Shown in pieces: positions 60,041 through 64,000 of a stretch of 64,000 nt of DNA; position 1 is the stretch's first letter, and every line of letters starts with the position of its first letter. Origin of the DNA: Peptococcaceae bacterium UBA4068 (GTDB taxonomy: Bacteria; Bacillota; Dehalobacteriia; UBA4068); contig DFZA01000009.1 in assembly GCA_002382665.1 (NCBI GenBank), positions 294,495 through 358,494 on the forward strand, written 5' to 3'. Under the pieces are notes generated by a model. The model was given only the letters and a program-made list of their open reading frames with translations. It was not told the origin of the DNA and made no database searches. Both the position numbers and the translations under genes were made by a program.

Positions 60041-60131
60041 AACGATAATCTCCTTTTGGGGTAATTCCTTTTTTTATAACAGTCAGCGGTTCACTATTTA
60101 AAACAACAACAATATTCAATATTGTGGATGA

Positions 60132-61325
60132 TTAGAAACCGCATTCCTGGAGCGCCTGATCTAATATTGCCACCGCTTCGTCGATCTCATCATTACTAAC
60201 AGTCAACGGCGGTACAAAACGCAGGACGCTGCCGGCGGTACAATTAATCAGTAAACCTTTACCCTGACAGGCTTCAACAACAGCTCCGGCAGGTTTGTTG
60301 GCAACTAATCCCAGCAGCAATCCCTGGCCCCTGACACTAAGCAGAGAGTCATATTTATCAACAAGCTGCTGCAGTTTACAAATAAAATATTCGCTTTTTA
60401 AAGTAACACCTTCAGGTATATCTTCAACAAGCATTTGATTGATCGCAGCAACAGCCGCTGCCGTCGCCAGGGGGTTACCGCCGAAGGTTGAGGCATGCTC
60501 GCCTGGTACAAACACGTCTGCGCGCTGGTTAACCAACATCGCGCCAATCGCCACGCCGCCGGCCAATGCTTTGGCCAATGTCATCACATCCGGCTTGACG
60601 CCGCTGTTCTGATAGGCAAACAGTTTGCCTGTACGTCCGCAGCCCACCTGCACTTCATCGAAAATCAACAGCAGGTCATGCTCATCACAGAGATGACGCA
60701 ACCCAGCCAGATAACCGGCATGCGCAACAATCACGCCGCCTTCGCCTTGGATCGGCTCGACAATGATTGCGCAGGTTTTATCGGAGATCGCATCCTCAAT
60801 AGCTGCCAGATCATTATAAGGAACAGATTTAAAACCGTCCAGCAACGGCTCAAAATTATGGTGAACCTTTTCCTGCCCGGTAGCATTTAATGTCGCCAAA
60901 GTCCTGCCATGAAAAGAATTAGCTGTGGAAATCACTTCATAGCGGTTCGTATAACCTTGCGCTTTGGCATATTTACGCGCCAGCTTAAAGGCGGCTTCAT
61001 TAGCCTCAGCGCCGCTGTTGCAAAAAAACGCCTTATCGAAACAGGAATGTTCCACTAGCATCTTGGCTAATTTGACCTGCGGTTCTATCCAATAGAGATT
61101 GGAACAATGAATTAATTTATGCGCCTGTTCGCTGATCGCTTCAACAACCGCCGGATGACAATGGCCCAGCGCATTAACAGCGATTCCAGCAACGAAATCA
61201 AGATAGCGTTTGCCGTCGGCATCCCAAACGTAGCTACCCTTGCCCTCAACCAAAGCTATCGGTAACCGGCCGTATGTATTCATGACATATTCCTGGCCTT
61301 CGGCAATTATTTCTTTATTATTCAT
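60132..61325 (-). CDS. argD: acetylornithine aminotransferase
   Basis: Class III aminotransferase (GNPLA, DEVQ.G.GRTG motifs). Confidence 0.9.
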   Translation of the reverse strand: MNNKEIIAEGQEYVMNTYGRLPIALVEGKGSYVWDADGKRYLDFVAGIAVNALGHCHPAVVEAISEQAHKLIHCSNLYWIEPQVKLAKMLVEHSCFDKAFFCNSGAEANEAAFKLARKYAKAQGYTNRYEVISTANSFHGRTLATLNATGQEKVHHNFEPLLDGFKSVPYNDLAAIEDAISDKTCAIIVEPIQGEGGVIVAHAGYLAGLRHLCDEHDLLLIFDEVQVGCGRTGKLFAYQNSGVKPDVMTLAKALAGGVAIGAMLVNQRADVFVPGEHASTFGGNPLATAAAVAAINQMLVEDIPEGVTLKSEYFICKLQQLVDKYDSLLSVRGQGLLLGLVANKPAGAVVEACQGKGLLINCTAGSVLRFVPPLTVSNDEIDEAVAILDQALQECGF

Positions 61326-62200
61326 GATGGGATCCTCCCTTCCCTAGTGTGCCGCATACTCCCAACCATTGTACCGATACCTTCGCGCGTAAACAACTCC
61401 AGCAACACGCTATGTTCGATTCGGCCGTCGAGAATATGGGTACTGCCGACGCCGCCAGCAATGGCGTCGACACAACAATTGACTTTAGGAATCATACCGC
61501 CGGTGATGATACCGCCCTCAATCAGTTGCGACACATCGGCAATATTAAGATAAGTAATATAGTCCTCTTTGCCCATAATGCCGGTCACATTTGTTAATAA
61601 AATCAGACGTTCGGCATTCAAGGCCGAGGCAATTTTGCTGGCAGCCTCATCGGCGTTAATATTGTAACTATGTCCCGCTTCATCAACACCTATCGGCGCA
61701 ATTACCGGCATATATCCGTTTTCTACCAATGTATACAGCAGTTCTGTATTAACTTCTTTGATTTGCCCAACCATTCCTAAATCTACTTCTGCTTGTTTCT
61801 TTTCGCAAAGCAGCAGCTTGCCGTCTTTACCGCTTAAACCAACCGCCTTACCGCCAATACTGTTGATATGGCGGATAATCTCGGGATTAACTTTACCGAC
61901 CAATACCATTTCTACTACTTCCATAATGTTTTCGTCGGTAATGCGCAAGCCGTCGACGAAACTGCTTTCAATCGATAGTTTTGCCAGCATTAAATTAATT
62001 TCAGGGCCGCCACCATGGACAATAACCGGCTTCATGCCGACCAGTTGCATCAATATCAAATCTTTGATAACGGCAGATTTAAGCTCCTCATCGATCATAG
62101 CGTTACCGCCGTATTTGACAACAATATACTTGCCATGGAAACGGCGAATATAGGGAAGCGCCTCAACAAGAACGCGTGCTTTATCTGTAGCTGAACTCAT
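61322..62200 (-). CDS. argB: acetylglutamate kinase
   Basis: Amino-acid kinase family (VVKYGG, VHGGGP). Confidence 0.9.
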   Translation of the reverse strand: MSSATDKARVLVEALPYIRRFHGKYIVVKYGGNAMIDEELKSAVIKDLILMQLVGMKPVIVHGGGPEINLMLAKLSIESSFVDGLRITDENIMEVVEMVLVGKVNPEIIRHINSIGGKAVGLSGKDGKLLLCEKKQAEVDLGMVGQIKEVNTELLYTLVENGYMPVIAPIGVDEAGHSYNINADEAASKIASALNAERLILLTNVTGIMGKEDYITYLNIADVSQLIEGGIITGGMIPKVNCCVDAIAGGVGSTHILDGRIEHSVLLELFTREGIGTMVGSMRHTREGRIPS

Positions 62201-62240
62201 TTTTTATAATCCTTTCTCCGTGGAAATAACTGTAATTTGT

Positions 62241-63470
62241 TTAGGTACGATAATCGCCGTTAATGCGCACATATTCGTAACTTAGATCGCAGCCCCAGGC
62301 AGTGGCCGAAAAAGCGCCACATTTCAAGTTAATATAAACTTTGATGTCTTTGGCAGATAAAATTTTCTTGGCCAATATCTCGTCAAAAACCAGGCCAACG
62401 CCATCCTGCATTACAGTAATACTACCACCATCGCTGCTGATAGTCATATCGGTTTTATTTTCCGGTAAAGTGATACCGGCATAACCAACAGCGCAGATTA
62501 TCCTGCCCCAATTGGCGTCTTCACCGAAAAAAGCCGACTTTACCAAATTAGATGCGGCTACCGCTTTAGCGGCCCGAGCGGCGTCTTCACGGCTGAAAGC
62601 ATTTACTACTTCTATCTCCAGCAAATGATTTGCGCCTTCGCCGTCAGCAGCCATCATCTTAGTCAAATCAATACTTATTGCCGTAAGAGCTTCGGTAAAC
62701 AGCTCAAAATCAGCAGTATTTTCCTCAATCATTTTGCCGCCGATTATGCCGTTGGCCATAACCAGCATCGAATCATTGGTGCTGGTATCGCCGTCAACCG
62801 TTAACATATTGAAACTGCGGTCGGCTGCATATTTAACTGCTGTTTGCAAAACAGCGCTGTTAATCGGCATATCTGTCGTAATAAAGCAAAGCAATGTCGC
62901 CATATTAGGATGGATCATCCCCGAACCTTTGGCCATACCGCCAATAGTGGCGACGCGGCCGTCGGAGAGCGTAATTTCCACTGCAACTTCCTTTGACACC
63001 GTATCAGTTGTCATAATCGCTTGCGCAGCGTCATTGCCGCCATCCGGCGAAAGAACGGGCGCAATGGCTTTTATTCCGGCCTTAATTACTTCCATCGGCA
63101 AATTCACACCGATTACGCCGGTAGAACAGACCAACACTTGATCAGCAGCAATATTTAATTCCGCAGCAACTGCAGCGGCCATTGATAAGGTGTCTTCTAC
63201 ACCTTGATCTCCGGTAACCGCGTTAGCATTACCGCTGTTAGCCACCAGGGCTGAAGCAGTTCCGCGTTCAACTACCTGCCTGCAATAATTAACCGGCGCG
63301 GCAGCATAAAGATTTTGGGTAAATACACCGCCGATTTTCGCTGGTTGTGCAGTATAAACAAGCGCTAAATCATTTTTTATAGAATTTTTTCTGATGCCGG
63401 CATGAATACCGGCGGCCATAAAACCCTTGGCTGCGGTAACTCCGCCGGAAATATATTTTAATTTTGTCAT
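62241..63470 (-). CDS. argJ: bifunctional glutamate N-acetyltransferase / amino-acid acetyltransferase
   Basis: ArgJ family with the autoproteolytic ATML site region (PNMATLLCFITTD). Confidence 0.9.
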   Translation of the reverse strand: MTKLKYISGGVTAAKGFMAAGIHAGIRKNSIKNDLALVYTAQPAKIGGVFTQNLYAAAPVNYCRQVVERGTASALVANSGNANAVTGDQGVEDTLSMAAAVAAELNIAADQVLVCSTGVIGVNLPMEVIKAGIKAIAPVLSPDGGNDAAQAIMTTDTVSKEVAVEITLSDGRVATIGGMAKGSGMIHPNMATLLCFITTDMPINSAVLQTAVKYAADRSFNMLTVDGDTSTNDSMLVMANGIIGGKMIEENTADFELFTEALTAISIDLTKMMAADGEGANHLLEIEVVNAFSREDAARAAKAVAASNLVKSAFFGEDANWGRIICAVGYAGITLPENKTDMTISSDGGSITVMQDGVGLVFDEILAKKILSAKDIKVYINLKCGAFSATAWGCDLSYEYVRINGDYRT

Positions 63471-63501
63471 ATTATCACCTTAATTCTTTGAAAATTAATT
63501 A

Positions 63502-64000
63502 TCAAGGATAGAGAGGCGCCATCTGTAATGCCGTATTTTCCGGATATCCGCTCATAACATTTAAATTCTGAATTGCTTGCCCCGCAGCTCCCTTAACCAG
63601 ATTGTCGATAACAGAGCAGACGATCGCTCTGCCGGTACGCTGATCAGCGGTTACGCCAACACAACAGAAGTTGCTTCCCAGCGTATATTTGCTCTCCGGC
63701 CATTTACCGTGGGGCTGAACATGAACAAAGTACTCTTGATTATACTCTTTTTTGTACAAATCGGTCAATTCCTCACCGGAAATTTCACTGATTAAATTTG
63801 CATAAGCAGTAATATATATACCACGTGTCATCGGAACCAAATGAGGGGTAAAGTTAAGCGTTATCGAACAACCTGCCAAGTCTGATAAGACCTGCTCAAT
63901 TTCAGGAGTATGCCGATGATTGGCAACGCCGTAAGCCTTAAAACTGCTGTTCACCTCAGAAAACAGAGAGCCTACTACAGGCTTACGCCCCGCACCGGAA
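63502..64000 (-). CDS. argC: N-acetyl-gamma-glutamyl-phosphate reductase, C-terminal part (gene continues beyond the window)
   Basis: The open frame runs to the window edge. Catalytic-Cys-containing C-terminal domain. Operon position argCJBDF. Confidence 0.8.
   Translation of the reverse strand, partial: SGAGRKPVVGSLFSEVNSSFKAYGVANHRHTPEIEQVLSDLAGCSITLNFTPHLVPMTRGIYITAYANLISEISGEELTDLYKKEYNQEYFVHVQPHGKWPESKYTLGSNFCCVGVTADQRTGRAIVCSVIDNLVKGAAGQAIQNLNVMSGYPENTALQMAPLYP

Overview
This 64 kb window looks like a chromosomal core region of a sporulating Firmicute, possibly a Negativicute, at roughly mid-40s % GC by eye. That guess rests on an SLH-domain protein, the spoVFA/spoVFB dipicolinate synthase genes, and B. 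subtilis-like gene order. Almost all genes sit on the minus strand in conserved housekeeping operons. Those include valS-folC-maf-mreBCD-mrdA-minCDE, engB-lon, rnj-tepA-ylzJ-ftsK-rodZ-rimO-pgsA-cinA, ecfA1A2T, dpaAB-asd-dapA and argCJBDF-argG. Also present are an aldehyde:ferredoxin oxidoreductase with a MoaD-like partner, two tandem class V aminotransferase paralogs and two tandem ECF S-component-like paralogs. I found no rRNA, tRNA, CRISPR array, transposase or integrase. The most unusual content is non-coding. (1) A multi-copy intergenic element of about 140-260 nt with conserved termini and a mosaic core (5 copies, one cut by the window edge), two copies of which are bracketed by a 19-21 bp direct duplication of the local terminator hairpin. 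(2) A second, unrelated 154 nt long-palindrome element with the same duplicated-hairpin bracket. (3) A 200 bp block of hexamer and 36-mer tandem repeats directly after the poly-Gln C-terminus of PBP2. (4) Four phased 21 bp direct repeats in the AOR promoter. (5) A stack of five perfect hairpins behind a consensus sigma-A promoter upstream of udg. Also noted: a decayed OmpR-type response-regulator pseudogene and a large AT-rich spacer.
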